Source: Laetmonice hystrix
Lineage: Eukaryota
Assembly: GCA_965235115.1 (NCBI GenBank)
Contig: OZ249436.1
Location: 39,744,001-39,808,000, forward strand
Direction: 5' to 3'
Length of the DNA stretch: 64,000 nucleotides
Position numbers and translations under genes: made by a program. Shown in pieces: positions 1 to 11,817 of the stretch. Below the pieces are notes generated by a model. The model made no database searches. It was not told where the DNA came from and saw nothing but the letters and a program-made list of their open reading frames with translations. Every line of letters starts with the position of its first letter. Position 1 is the stretch's first letter.

Positions 1-1002
1 TCTTCTTTTAGCTTCGTTACGACTGGTAAATATATACTCTGCTTACTAATTATGACACCAATGCCTGTACCAGCGTATATTTCCTGCCAGTTTAGGGTCT
101 AATTAGTGGTACGTGGGTCGTGGGTCACTGAATAATGTATCAGGCCGATGTTTTGACAACTGCTGGGCTCTCATGCCTCCCGGTAGGCAACAGTACCTAG
201 TTTTTATGATAATTACCGCAGATCTAACAATGTATGCACTGACAATAAATCATTAAGCACAGACTTTGAACAATGGAAATACTCACAATTCTCATCTGTG
301 AGCCCACCCATACCAGCCCGGGTACAATGTTAATGGTAGCAGACATTTACGTTGCTTATTTTATAACAATAGGATCATCGGCTGATGCAGTCTCAACATG
401 CCGATCGCCCGTCCAGTCGTATCCCGCTCCTCAGTTTAGGGCAGTATGCTCCACTAATACACGAACCCCCATTTTTTATTACACACATGCGAACAATGCC
501 CTCAGCCAGCCCACATTCCTGGTAGAATAATGAACACATTAAACTGCAGTCACCCAGACACTATTATTTTGAGCTCTCAATACATTGGCTAATATGGCGC
601 AATGTTTGGTATTCTAAATAATGGATGACTTCCAATCCGTGAGGCCAGGGCACCTTTTTCATAGGGGTAAAAACCTGTTTTGTGCTAAAGAAAAATACAA
701 TGTGTTGTGGGGATTTGTACGATAGGGCCTACAGGTTGCTGTTTGCATATCCATTTCTCTGTATAACAGCTATTCAGCATATATGGATTTTTTCCACAAT
801 CTTTGCATTATTTGCACTGCTAGTACTGATAAGCATTGATATAAATGCCTTCATACAAGCTTATTGTGTGGGTGGACTTACGGGGATTGATTTTAATTTT
901 GATATTTTATTTTTGTTAAGAACTAGGATGATTTGAATAGTCTACTAATATTTCTTAACATTAATTTAATTCAATTGAATGTATGGGTCTACTGCTTGTT
1001 AA

Positions 1003-1857
1003 AGGGCGATGCTAAAATACACGTTTTGGAGGATTTCCGGCTATTATCCAACATGACCGTGTACTAGGGAATTAAGTAAATAATCCTACCACAGCATTTT
1101 GTCCTCCGATGTGTTTTCGCTGCGTATGCAGCAAAAGTAGGTGCCATACGACTAAACTTATAGATTTCCCCCGATAGCACATCTCCCGCCATAACTTGGG
1201 AGACAACCTCTCATCAACCCGTGTAATTGCGTACTGCGTCACATCCTGTGTGTGCACTCTGCAGGTGTTTGGCAAACCTGTTCCTACCGCGCATGCACGA
1301 CCTCTGACCTCTGCCGTTGGAGAGTGGGTACTTGGTCACGTGCTTCGCTTAGTTGTAAACAATTTAGCAGCTGCACTCGGCATCGTTTGGCATCAGAATG
1401 CCACCCAAAAAATATTTTACGGAATCGGCAGAGAACCGGGCAAGGAAAGAAAGATACAGAAGTTGAAAAAGATAGCAAGTCAATCTCGGAAACCAAGGCA
1501 AGTGGGTCGTTGGCGGGGTGTCTGGAGCGGGACCTCGAGTGTCGAGCATGGCCAGCGTCTGGCCTAGGCTGCCTGTAGATGCGGAGGGGGGTGGGGGAGC
1601 GAAACGCGGGACACGCTCTGAGCATGCGCGAGGGTTCTACGTGTCACGTGTGTCAACAGAATCCACGTGCAAACGATGGGCGGAGCCGTTTTTCCAGATG
1701 GCCAGCAAGGGGCTCCAAAAACTTCGATTTGTCACGCAAAATGGAACTGATAGGTCTGTCTGTCTTTACCAAGCAGTTTTTATGAAGGATCTCTTCATGA
1801 AAACAGCAAAAGTTCTTTGAAATACCGATTTTTCATGTTTCCTTATAATATGCACCT
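1003..1857. mobile_element. Possible old Kolobok-like non-autonomous element
   Basis: TTAA-AGGG start (999-1006) and CACCT-TTAA end (1853-1861) with a CpG-rich core (GCGCATGC, several CACGTG). TIR similarity beyond 3-4 bp is poor. Confidence 0.3.
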
Positions 1858-2655
1858 TTAATAACATGGTTGACCCCCCCCCCCCGGCCCAATCATAATT
1901 TATGAGTCTATGGACCTCTTGGCAATAAGGAGACTTAACGTGAGATGTAATCACGGGTGTAAATCATGTATTACACATTTTGAAAACCATACTAGACGAA
2001 ATTATTCCGGGTACCATGAGGATCATCCCATTTGTCCCGGGAATTTCATGTCATACACATACATTTGGAGGACCAGAGTTATACGTTTCGAATCCTGAGT
2101 GTTTGTGAAAGTTGACAAAGATTGAATATAGATCTACATATTGTTTAAATGGTATTCTAAATGGTAATCCATCTTGTTACACCGAATAGTTTTGTATGAT
2201 AATTCTGTGAGATTTTTGCCTTTTCTCAAACAGCAATGTCACCGAATATAATAAAATTGGCGTTTCTATGGTGGACTCGTCCTTCCAAGCCAAGAAAGCG
2301 TTCCTAAAGATTGCCAGTGAGAATGGCAGGACGGACGGATAATTATTTCAGAGTAATATATTGGAGGGTGGGCCTCTGGACAGCACGGAGGCTGTGTCTG
2401 ACAGAATTCGTCACGTCCTAATTCGCCAATTATCTCCAAGGTAACCTGATACCACAATACGCCAGACGTCCACTGTTCTCTAGCCTCGCCGACATTGGTC
2501 AGGATCAGATGCTCCTTACGATATCAAATAAGATGTTACGTTATACAGTCCCTGTAACCAAGGCTGCCTCAATCACAAAATTAGTCAGGTACAATGTCGA
2601 CAGGGACGGGAAGCGTGGGGGGGGGGGGTCACTCGATGGGAGACGTGCGCTTTAA

Positions 2656-2980
2656 AGCAATCAGCGAGTTTAAATGACTCCAAAATGCAGGTTAGATAAG
2701 GCCTTTGACTACATAGGCCTAAATCATGTACATAGGCCTAAATAACATGTTGATGAACCGATGAATTTTATTGGCTGTTCAAGTCAATGTCAGGTCAACA
2801 GCCAGCCATGAGACGTTCGCTTCGTAGCGACAACAGGAAACAGGAATGTTGAATTTCATTAAATTTCTCCATTTAAATGGGTATACATTTATTGATTTAT
2901 GTAGTCTACGGCCTTATCTAACATAACAGCCCATGTCTGCATTTTGGAGTTATTGAAATGAGAGATACTCTCTGATTGCT
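2656..2980. mobile_element. Kolobok-like MITE (TTAA TSD, AG..CT ends)
   Basis: TTAA|AGCAATCAGCGAGT ... ACTCTCTGATTGCT|TTAA. Further inverted matches inside: ctccaaaatgcag/ctgcattttggag and ttagataaggcc/ggccttatctaa. Confidence 0.8.
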
Positions 2981-2984
2981 TTAA

Positions 2985-3173
2985 GGCCCCTGTCCACATA
3001 ATTATGCGATTTTTGATTTAGCGGTGAGATTTCACCTAGTAATTTTCCTGTATGGCCTCACCTGTTTCTGGAAATAGGTTCACTCCTTTAATCTAAAAAT
3101 CGCAGTGAAATAAAACGGTCATGTCAAAATCGCATGGACGTCGCAAGTACAATCGCCTTTGTGAACATGGCCC
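2985..3173. mobile_element. Degenerate Harbinger/PIF-like MITE abutting the previous element
   Basis: GGCCCCTGTCCACA ... TGTGAACATGGCCC (11/14 inverted match) with T/A-rich flanks. Inner atgcgattttt/aaaatcgcat inverted pair. Confidence 0.45.
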
Positions 3174-4740
3174 TTTAGAGGCGGCAGATTGGCCGAGCCT
3201 ATTCTTGACCAGGGTCGAGTCCATGAGTCATACTAATTAGAATATCACGCAATGGTAACGCGGGGTTGGGGCGTATAAAGACACATCCTAACGTATCATA
3301 TTTGTAACAAAACTATATCTCACACTGGGAGGTGTGCCCCCATCCAATACGCCCCTGATATCAGGAGTTGCCCGTGCTCGGATTGCAAACGTCAAAATTA
3401 CATCCGTTATTTTCATTCGCAAGTGTAAGCATTGCATTACGGTTATGAAGCCAAATTGGTAAATCTCAACATGATGCACGGGAAGCGGAAAGGAAGACTC
3501 GGGAAATGGTTTCAAATTCAGTTAGAGTCATTTTGTGAAAATTGGAAGCAATTTTCCAGATGATGGAAATAGTAGTTGGAATGAAGCCGGTTTCTTTAAT
3601 CCCATATAACTTATTAAGGAACGTTGAATCCCGTTGTTATTTTCACAGATAGGCCTACGTCAGCGAGTATCCTAAACAGAAAGGTTTCCGTCGCCTTTTT
3701 AGGTTTTCACTTAGGGCCATGCAATCCACCCGACCTGAGGTAAGTCTACACAATAAGTCATTGTATGTCTTCATCATACCTATTATTTCCTAATCTCATT
3801 TATTAGAATGAAGACCATACAGAATCATCCTCCGAAATCAGATTCCAGTGTTACGTGAGTGACGTGAGAGTAATAAGGTGCAGGATCGCAACAGACTGCA
3901 GGCAGAGGTCGCTGCACAACGGAATATGACCCTGCTATTTGACGCTGCGTACGGATTCGGCACGGAACCTACGCCCGAGGTACACAGAGAGCTTTGGCTG
4001 GGAGATATAGTTCTTATTGTTGGTGGCTGTCTTTCATCAAAATCATTTGATTTCTTTATAAAAACATTTGATTTGAATTGTATGTCTCAGTATAATTTTA
4101 ATTAGGATGCTTTGGGCAGCATTTATGACAGGCCGCATGCAGTAGGATCCGAAGCCAGGCTCAAAAATGGTTGTTTGGTCTATCCTTGGCTAGCGGAAGG
4201 CGGGAGTTTTGAACTAACTTGGAACCTTTGTTTACCATCAACCTGGCCCTGGGAGTTCTCAACTATGTTTCATCAGGCATTGGGGATGGCAAAGGGGGGA
4301 TTAGGATGGCCGTTGTGGCTGTGCCGAAGGAAAAGTAGTGCAAACGTATCCCATCAACCTCAGAAGGAAAAGCAATCGGAACTTCCGCCATTTCTGGTTC
4401 AGAAATAACCTCGGATGTATATCAGGTTCATGATACAAACGTAAAACGTCGATGTGAGGAGGCTCGACCATATCACCGCTCATGTTCTAGTTCCAATGCA
4501 TATAAACAGATCGCGGAAATGTATGATTCTGATAAAACTTTAGTGCATTTTGATGTATCTGGTAGTATTGGAGCGAGATTTTAACATAAATTTCAATCTA
4601 AAAAGTTGAAATCTGTGACTCCCCGGAAGACGTTCATCGGTGCCCTCACTGGCCTTACAGACTATTTTAGTTCAAACGTAACATTATTAGCCTACCATAA
4701 CAATTTCAAACAACAAAACACATTCACGGAGTTTGGCGCC

Positions 4741-4894
4741 GTCTAGAAACAAAACAGGTGCTGGTGTTATGCCTCCGCCATTTTTACTAAATCGGTCACG
4801 TGACTCCATCGAATCATGTGACTAGAAGTAGTTCAACATGGCAGCGCCCGTAATACATTCGAGGTGTTTTGCGTACGGAAGGATGTTGCGATTG
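4741..4894 (+). repeat. Dispersed repeat, copy 1 (inverted copy at 53046-53187)
   Basis: agaaacaaaacaggtgctggtgttatgcctccgccatttttactaaatcggtcacgtgactccatcgaatcatgtgact is present in reverse complement at ~53.1 kb. Homology continues with indels to ggatgttgcgattg. Confidence 0.9.
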
Positions 4895-5591
4895 AAGGAA
4901 AAGGTCAGTTGGCGCGCCTACTGGCTGATTCCGGAAGATTTGTATCGCAAGTCATGTATGTAACCCAGCGTACTGACGCATTTGGAGCTAGGTTTAATTG
5001 GCGGCTCCCCGAATATCGCCCAGTCTAGTGTTATGCGTCAGTCTTTGTCATGATTCCGTCCTACTGCACTCCTTACATAAATGCTGCCAACGCTTGGATC
5101 TGAATTTCTAAATTATACAGTATGTCCCCCCCCCCCCAAAAAAAAGATAGTCTAACTTTAGGTGTGCAATACACTTAGATATTTTAGAGGATTGTCGAAT
5201 TTTTAATTTTGAAGTTGAACATAAAGTTTGATCCTAGATAACTCTCAGCAAGTTTGGTGCTGACATTTCGACAGTGCGCGTCAAGTCTTGATTTATTCAT
5301 TTCTTCTACTTACAGTTGTGAAATAGGCGTCTTTGATCCAAATGTCACCAAGAAAAGTAGCGAATGTGATACGACCTAGGTTTTCTGATACATCTTGCAA
5401 TGTGTATTGCTTAAGTGAACTTCCAGAAGTGCCGGAACTCTGCGACAATTCGCCTGCGCAAAGATTTCGTGATGATATAGGCCGAATAAAAACGTTAAAA
5501 ATATAAGTAGGCCTATTGTCAAACTTCCAGAAAGTTTCCTAATTCAAGAACTCCAATAATAGAGTCGAAATAAATACAAATTTGAAGGAGA

Positions 5592-6048
5592 TGTGCAGGT
5601 ATTAACTGAAAACTGGTTTAAACTGACAACAGTTGTCACTTTAGATCTCGGTCTAAACTGACAAATAATGCCCACTGGTGCTGGAATGATAAATTACTAA
5701 TTTGAACTGATTCTCCATGGCAGGAATGTACCCTGCATTTCTTCCTACAACAACCAAAAATATGGGAATGCATATTTTGTTGTTTTGTGTGTTGCATCTA
5801 ACAAAATATTTGGACTACCTGTAAGAACAATATTATTAATTAAGTGATGAGAAAATCTACAGTGGAACCTGTATTTTTACAGTACCTTTCACAGAGAGCA
5901 ATTATCGTTCGGTGCTGTCATTTCCTGAATCAGTTCAAATTAGTGATTTATCATTCCAGCACTAGTGATCATTATTTGACAGTTTAGACCTGGATCTAAA
6001 CTGACAACTGTTGTCAGTTTAAACCACTTGTCAGTTAAGACCTGCACA
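5592..6048. mobile_element. MITE with ~120-bp imperfect TIRs, TGT..ACA termini
   Basis: tgtgcaggtattaactgaaaactggtttaaactgacaacagttgtca... mirrored by ...tgacaactgttgtcagtttaaaccacttgtcagttaagacctgcaca. No clean TSD, so superfamily uncertain (TGT..ACA is Ginger-like). Confidence 0.8.
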
Positions 6049-8287
6049 GGGGGTACCTTCCTAATTTGACTCCTAGGGCAGGATATAGGTCATAATGAGT
6101 GCTAAAAGTCTACACCTTTCTTGTATCATATCAAGCTTTGAAACGGTATGGAATTTAAGTAGGTGGCAACAATTTATACATTTTTATTTATTTTTTATTT
6201 ATTCCATATTCTAACAATGTTCGAATATTGTAAAATTGCCCATGTTTTGCCTGTGCTTAGCTACTGACATAGGTAATCAGTTTTTTTTAAACCTAGTACA
6301 TGTATACCCCCCTGACCCTAAAAATGTGGGCTCGGTCCTCAATTTCAGTACTGAATTATTTCTGTGCCAGAATGTCCCATATACGAAGTCAACCCTAAAT
6401 TCCTCATACAACATGAGAAATTACAATGTGGGTCGGGTGTGAGTCCTCCAGGAAGTCGCTCTCCTGGAAACTACGCGACATATAGAAACATAGGGGAACA
6501 TTGGAGATATTGATGACATATGTACCGTTTTGTGCACGTTAAAAAATGCGATTCGTGCGATCGTCAAATAAAACTAGGATAGATCTCTCGAAGAACAGAA
6601 TAGAAAGTAATTCGCCATTGATGTTAGAATTTGCCCATTTGAATGACTAGCAGGAAAAGCTTTATTGGGTTTTCCAACGGTTTGCATTTTTTATTATTCA
6701 GTTTGAAAGTGTATAGATCAACCACATCGATTGCAAACGAAAGTCACATATTTCATCTCCACCCCAAAGAAGAACTAGAAATTGTTCCTCCTCCTTTCCG
6801 ACTTTGTGAGGTCCATGGGTTGGAGTTGTCTGTATGCACAGACGCGTGAGTATCCCCAGGCATCCTGGTGGGTGTGTGCGTGGATTGGTAACTGTGGATA
6901 TTACTGGATACGAACGACATCTCCAAGCAACATCACCAGTACCAACGACTCAACACAAACCAAATCCATGGGTTTACTGAGCCTGATAACTCATATTATT
7001 GATGGGTCCTTCCATTAGTTTCAAGGATCTGCAGTGAAGTTTTAGCCCCCTGCAAACCTAGATCAAAACTAGTGTCGCCCAGTCAGATAAAACAGAACTC
7101 CTTTTTCATGCATGATGAGCACTGAAGGCTAAAGGGAGCTAGAGAGGAGAGTGCAGTACATATATAATATGGGTATGCGGTATGAATTATATGAAGATGT
7201 TTTTTCTGGGTTGAGCCGTAAAGTGAAGGATGACGTGCGGTACAGGTGGTGGTAGAGGTTAAAACGCCCGATTGGCACTGATCCGGCGCCCATCGCTTGG
7301 AGTACCCTGTGAGATTCGAGTAATACCACTGAGGATACCTGTAGGGGTTGTAATGGGTTGAAATCCGACGGGGATCTAACAACGTGTGTCCGGATACGAC
7401 ACCTGTAAGGAGAAGCGTCCATTATTGATGCTGATGACACAGGGGATTCACAATCGGTGGAGCCTGGGTTCACGATGGATCGAACCTTTTCCTAAGGGGG
7501 CCCCCCTAGAATAGTAAACTAGAAAACGCTTTCCCAAAGTGAAAAGGGTTCCCTTTCAGCCACTGAATCCGCTTCCCCACTGACATTTAATAGGGTCTGA
7601 GGTAACGGTTCAACAGAAGGGAGAGATAGAAAATAAAATCGATCACAAAGGAATACTTCAAACACTGCCGCCATACTATAAACCACTACAGCAATTAGAT
7701 TCCAACTCGTTGTTAGCACATTTATAGGCACAGAGTGGCCTCTGGTTGACACATACATGAATAATTTGACACGGAACCCTAGAGCTACACTTGTAAAGGT
7801 CATGGCGTTGTGTTCAGCGGCAGCGCTGCCTCCACACGAGACTCTATATGTGAATGTAGGGTTACACTGCTAACGGTTCCGCCACATATGGGGCTTTTCT
7901 TTCACCGCTTCCGGTGGAAAGTGTCCCCTTTTCTTCGTGTACAACAGGAAAACCGACACTGCCCGAACACCCGCTTTGCCGTAGCAGATTGACAGAATTC
8001 TGGAATCAATTACCATAGATGTTCGTTTACAGTATCCCACCCCCGACACACTGTATGCGAGTGTGCAACTACGCTTGGCTAGCTAAACTGAGCGAGAGAT
8101 TGAGAGTCGCCTATTCCATTCTGATATCTTTTGCTCATCCTTGGGGCGATAACATGTGTACGAGTTCAACATATGTATGCAGCCGGTGGGATTCAACGTC
8201 AAGTACCAGGCAATAACATCTGCACACCATCCAGCCAGCTCTTTCTTCCTTTCTGCCTATCGAGTACCCTACAGCCTGTAGTCATTT

Positions 8288-8451
8288 CAGGGGCGGATCC
8301 AGGGGGCGTGAGGGGGCGCACCCCCTTTTCAATGACAAAATGGCTTGCACCCATAGGCCTACTTTGCGCAGCGCACAGTTCACCACTCAGACCCCACGCC
8401 CCCTTTCCACCCCCCCCCCCCCGCCATTCCAAAATCTTGGATCCGCCCCTG
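8288..8451. mobile_element. Short CAG..CTG element with 5-bp TSD (hAT-like MITE)
   Basis: CATTT|CAGGGGCGGATCCA ... TGGATCCGCCCCTG|CATTT: 14-bp perfect TIR, 5-bp direct flank. Confidence 0.85.
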
Positions 8452-8625
8452 CATTTAACCTGTCGCGGATGGAGTCATGGAGTCAAGTAAACGTCGTTTT
8501 TCAGACACTTGCTGCAGGTCATTGGTTTCCTCCACCAGTCAAACCGAACGTCTGGTTGTGACTCTAGATGAGACGCGGTGTACCCCATCCCCACGCGCAG
8601 TTAGTTTCAGCATTCGTGATATTAA

Positions 8626-8966
8626 AGGTGCTATTCGTCTCGCACAGAATGGCATTTCTCCTATCATACATTGTGCACATAGTACTAGAAAAAATTCCTA
8701 CCGATACCATTGGCCTGATAAACCTTTTATTAGTTTGTGTGCAGCATTTGAAACCTATCTCGGTGCGCACCGAGATAGAGCCATTTCCTATGGTGGGGCG
8801 TGTCAGGGTCTCCACAGGCCTTCTGAGAGAGCCCCATTTGTGCCGTTATCCATGAAAAATTTTGATTTCCTTTGTTGTGAATCTATTTCCATGATAGGTG
8901 GGATCACATAAACGTCAACAAAATAAAAAATAAAAAAATTGAACTTTTTTTTCACGAATAGCACCT
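8626..8966. mobile_element. Kolobok-like non-autonomous element
   Basis: TTAA|AGGTGCTATTCGT ... ACGAATAGCACCT|TTAA, 13-bp perfect TIR. Confidence 0.85.
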
Positions 8967-9792
8967 TTAAAGACATGCAATGATTAACGCCCTTCAGAGA
9001 ACCTAAAAAGGTAATAAAAATATATAAAATTTATAGTGTTCCCAAGTTTGAAAAACACGGATGAGGGTGAGGAGGAGCAGCAGGAGCAGCAGGAAAGTGA
9101 CCGAGTTGTGACCGACCGACTACTGACGTGCCTAAGGAGCAATATCATCTGCTCCTCCGACCTGTTGCTGTCAACGATCTACTGAGCACTGACTGTGGCC
9201 AGAGGCTGTCGTACTTGAGTGAATGATTCACACGGTAGAAGTACGGAGACAGATAACTGCTTGTTGTACACGTCTATGTAATAATGTATGTATATTATGT
9301 TGGTGTAGGCCTGCATGTATGTATGTATATTATGTATCTAGGTCTGCATATATAGCTCTACTTATGAGCTATGAGGCGTCTTTTGGGGAGGGGATCAGCC
9401 TGCCTCCTCGAAAAAAGAGGACTTATGGGGACCTAAAGTGGTATGTCCAGTTTTAAATACTGTATGCTTCCAATGACCTAACTGCGTGACAATCGTAGGC
9501 TCGTCCTTGCCCCCAAAGTCTACTTGAAATGACAATGAGTGAAACTAGTCAATAAACTCTTGCTCCTTGCTTCCAAAAATTCCATCTCAAAAGCTACATT
9601 TAACTCGCCTGGTTTCAGCCGATCACATGCGGGTTTGTGGAGCTAGGCAATCAAGAACTGAGCCAGCAGGATTTGAAAACAGGTCGGCGACCTACTTCGT
9701 TTGACCCACACAAGTGTTGCTACAGAGAGAGGAAGATAGAGTTCGGAGACTGGGCCTGGCCAGGACCTGGGTCTTGGCCTGGGTCTGGGACA

Positions 9793-10570
9793 GTGTGACA
9801 GGAATCCAAGTCCCCATGAAATGCAGGTCCGACGGACCTGCATTCCTAGGAACAGAAGTCCGTGATGTTGGAGGCCTATTATTTAAATATGTCTTCATAA
9901 TCCTATCCTTAACCCTAATCAATTTTTATTTTCTTAAAGGGAGTCGTAAAATTCATTTTTTTCGATTTATGGCAGTCTTAGAAACATATGATTCGCATAT
10001 CTTGGACTCCCAGTAACATCATGTGAGACTGTTATGGCCCAGCGACCAGTATTTAGTAAGGAAAATATGCCAAATCTCTCGCAAATACGTAGCTCAGAAT
10101 TAGCGAGCGGCCCACAGGATATTTGAGTTGGCCGCGGTCGGGCGATGATGACGCGTGATCACGTGACTTCCGGGTGTGGAAGGGAATCTCCCCCTAGTCT
10201 AGTGTTGACCTAAATACCACATGTACACCCGGAAGTCACGTGATCACGCGTCATCATCGCCCGACCGCGGCCAACTCAAATATCCTGTGGGCCGCTCGCT
10301 AATTCTGAGCTACGTATTTGCGAGAGATTTGGCATATTTTCCTTACTAAATACTGGTCGCTGGGCCATAACAGTCTCACATGATGTTACTGGGAGTCCAA
10401 GGTATGCGAATCATATGTTTCTAAGACTGCCATAAATCGAAAAAAATGAATTTTACGACTCCCTTTAATTATATTGTCTTATACCCCGAAGTTGATGACT
10501 AGGACCTGCATATCCAAGGAATCCATGTCCGGCGGACCTCCATTCCGGCGGACTTGCATTCCGTGCACAC
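9793..10570. mobile_element. Older TIR element interrupted by the 9938-10464 foldback
   Basis: gtgtgacaggaatccaagtcc..aatgcaggtccgacggacctgcattcctagga matches the reverse complement of tccaaggaatccatgtccggcggacctccattccggcggacttgcattccgtgcacac. Internal taaccctaa motif; flanked by GGGACC/GGTCYY-like hexamer runs. Confidence 0.65.
9938..10464. mobile_element. Young Kolobok-like foldback MITE (240-bp arms, 47-bp spacer)
   Basis: TTAA|AGGGAGTCGTAAAATTC ... GAATTTTACGACTCCCT|TTAA. Arms 9938-10177 and 10225-10464; I see one mismatch. Confidence 0.95.
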
Positions 10571-10700
10571 CTGGACCAGGACCGGGACCGGGACCGGGAC
10601 CGGGACCGCTGTGAAAGGAAAGTGAGTCTGTCGGACCAGGATTCACTAGGTATGCCGGTCCCAGGTCGTCCACTTCGTGGTAGGCTAAGGCAATAGAATT

Positions 10701-10820
10701 GCCCCGAGAACGGCCACGTCCCCCCCCCCCCACCACCCCCGCCCCGAGAACGACCACGTCCGCCCCCCCCCCCCCCAGGAACGGTCACGTGCCCCCCCTC
10801 CCGGCCCCGAGAACGGTCGT
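10701..10820. repeat. GC-rich tandem repeat (~30-40 bp, about 4 copies)
   Basis: gccccgagaacggYcacgt followed by C-runs, repeated. Confidence 0.75.
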
Positions 10821-11321
10821 TAGCAGTGTGACATTCAACCCCCCTGGTTGGCAACCCTCCCAAGGAGCTATGCATACCTTTTCGAAATAGAACCCAGCTC
10901 CCTACCTGATCGGCCTGTACAAGCAGGGCCACTTGGCTGGACCAGGACCCTCCGCTTCCTGACCACTGGACAGGAGCCGGCGCGAGCGCAGATGGAACTT
11001 TCATCCTTTTGTATGGCGAAGCTTGTTGATTTATGGGGCTCGCCATCTGGACGTGACAAGACTAGGCCCCCACGGGTTGTAAAGGTCATCATTATTTTGA
11101 TTATTTGATTTTAGTATTACAGAAAATCTTTACTGTTGCCGTAAGGTACCGGAAGAGGGACCTTTAGCTGATACAATGACCACATTAATAGTTTCCAACC
11201 GGCATAATGATCACAAAATGGTACATATAGATATCTAATATATCTAACATTATCACCTCGACCAGGTGGCTGTGTTCAGAAACGATTGTTCAATTTCTAA
11301 CTATATCTATAGATAGATTAA

Positions 11322-11817
11322 AGGTACTCGATCACCCTACGGCCGCCGAGTTTTGTCCCCATCTCCTACGAATCCGCGTATTTCAAGCTTACCTGATCTT
11401 GAATCTATCCCACTGGACTGATAAAACATTCTGTCGTATCCATAACATTGTTGATTATGGGCCATAATGAGGCGATACATCCCATATCTTTCATCTCAAT
11501 GGACTGAGAACCGAGAACGACCGCCATGGCCGCGTTAGCATTGTTAGGGCGGTCGTTACTAAGCAACGGGATTCGGCGCATGCGTTGCCTCGCATTGCTC
11601 CGCCCGCCTCCCCCCATAATCCAAATAAGGGCATGATTTGATTCGCGCGCTCTCGCCTCTAGCCAAATAGGTAAACGTTTAATTAATTAATTAATTAAAA
11701 AATTGTGGATATGGACGCGCCATAGTACCAGACTACTAGAAACCCCTTAAAGTCATTGTTTTTACTCAAGTTTTGTTGAATTGACTGCGTTTATTTCAAT
11801 TTTTGGACAGATTTCCT
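11322..11817. mobile_element. Probable Kolobok-like non-autonomous element
   Basis: TTAA|AGGT.. start and ..TCCT|TTAA end with weak TIR. CpG-rich core (GCGCATGCG, CGCGCGC). Confidence 0.45.

Noticed and set aside
9938..10464. piggyBac assignment for TTAA-flanked elements
   Set aside because: Termini are purine-first (AG..CT), the Kolobok pattern; piggyBac ends are typically CC..GG.
10465..11046. 193-aa Gly/Arg-rich ORF
   Set aside because: It spans G-runs, hexamer repeats and a transposon end; no domain is recognisable.
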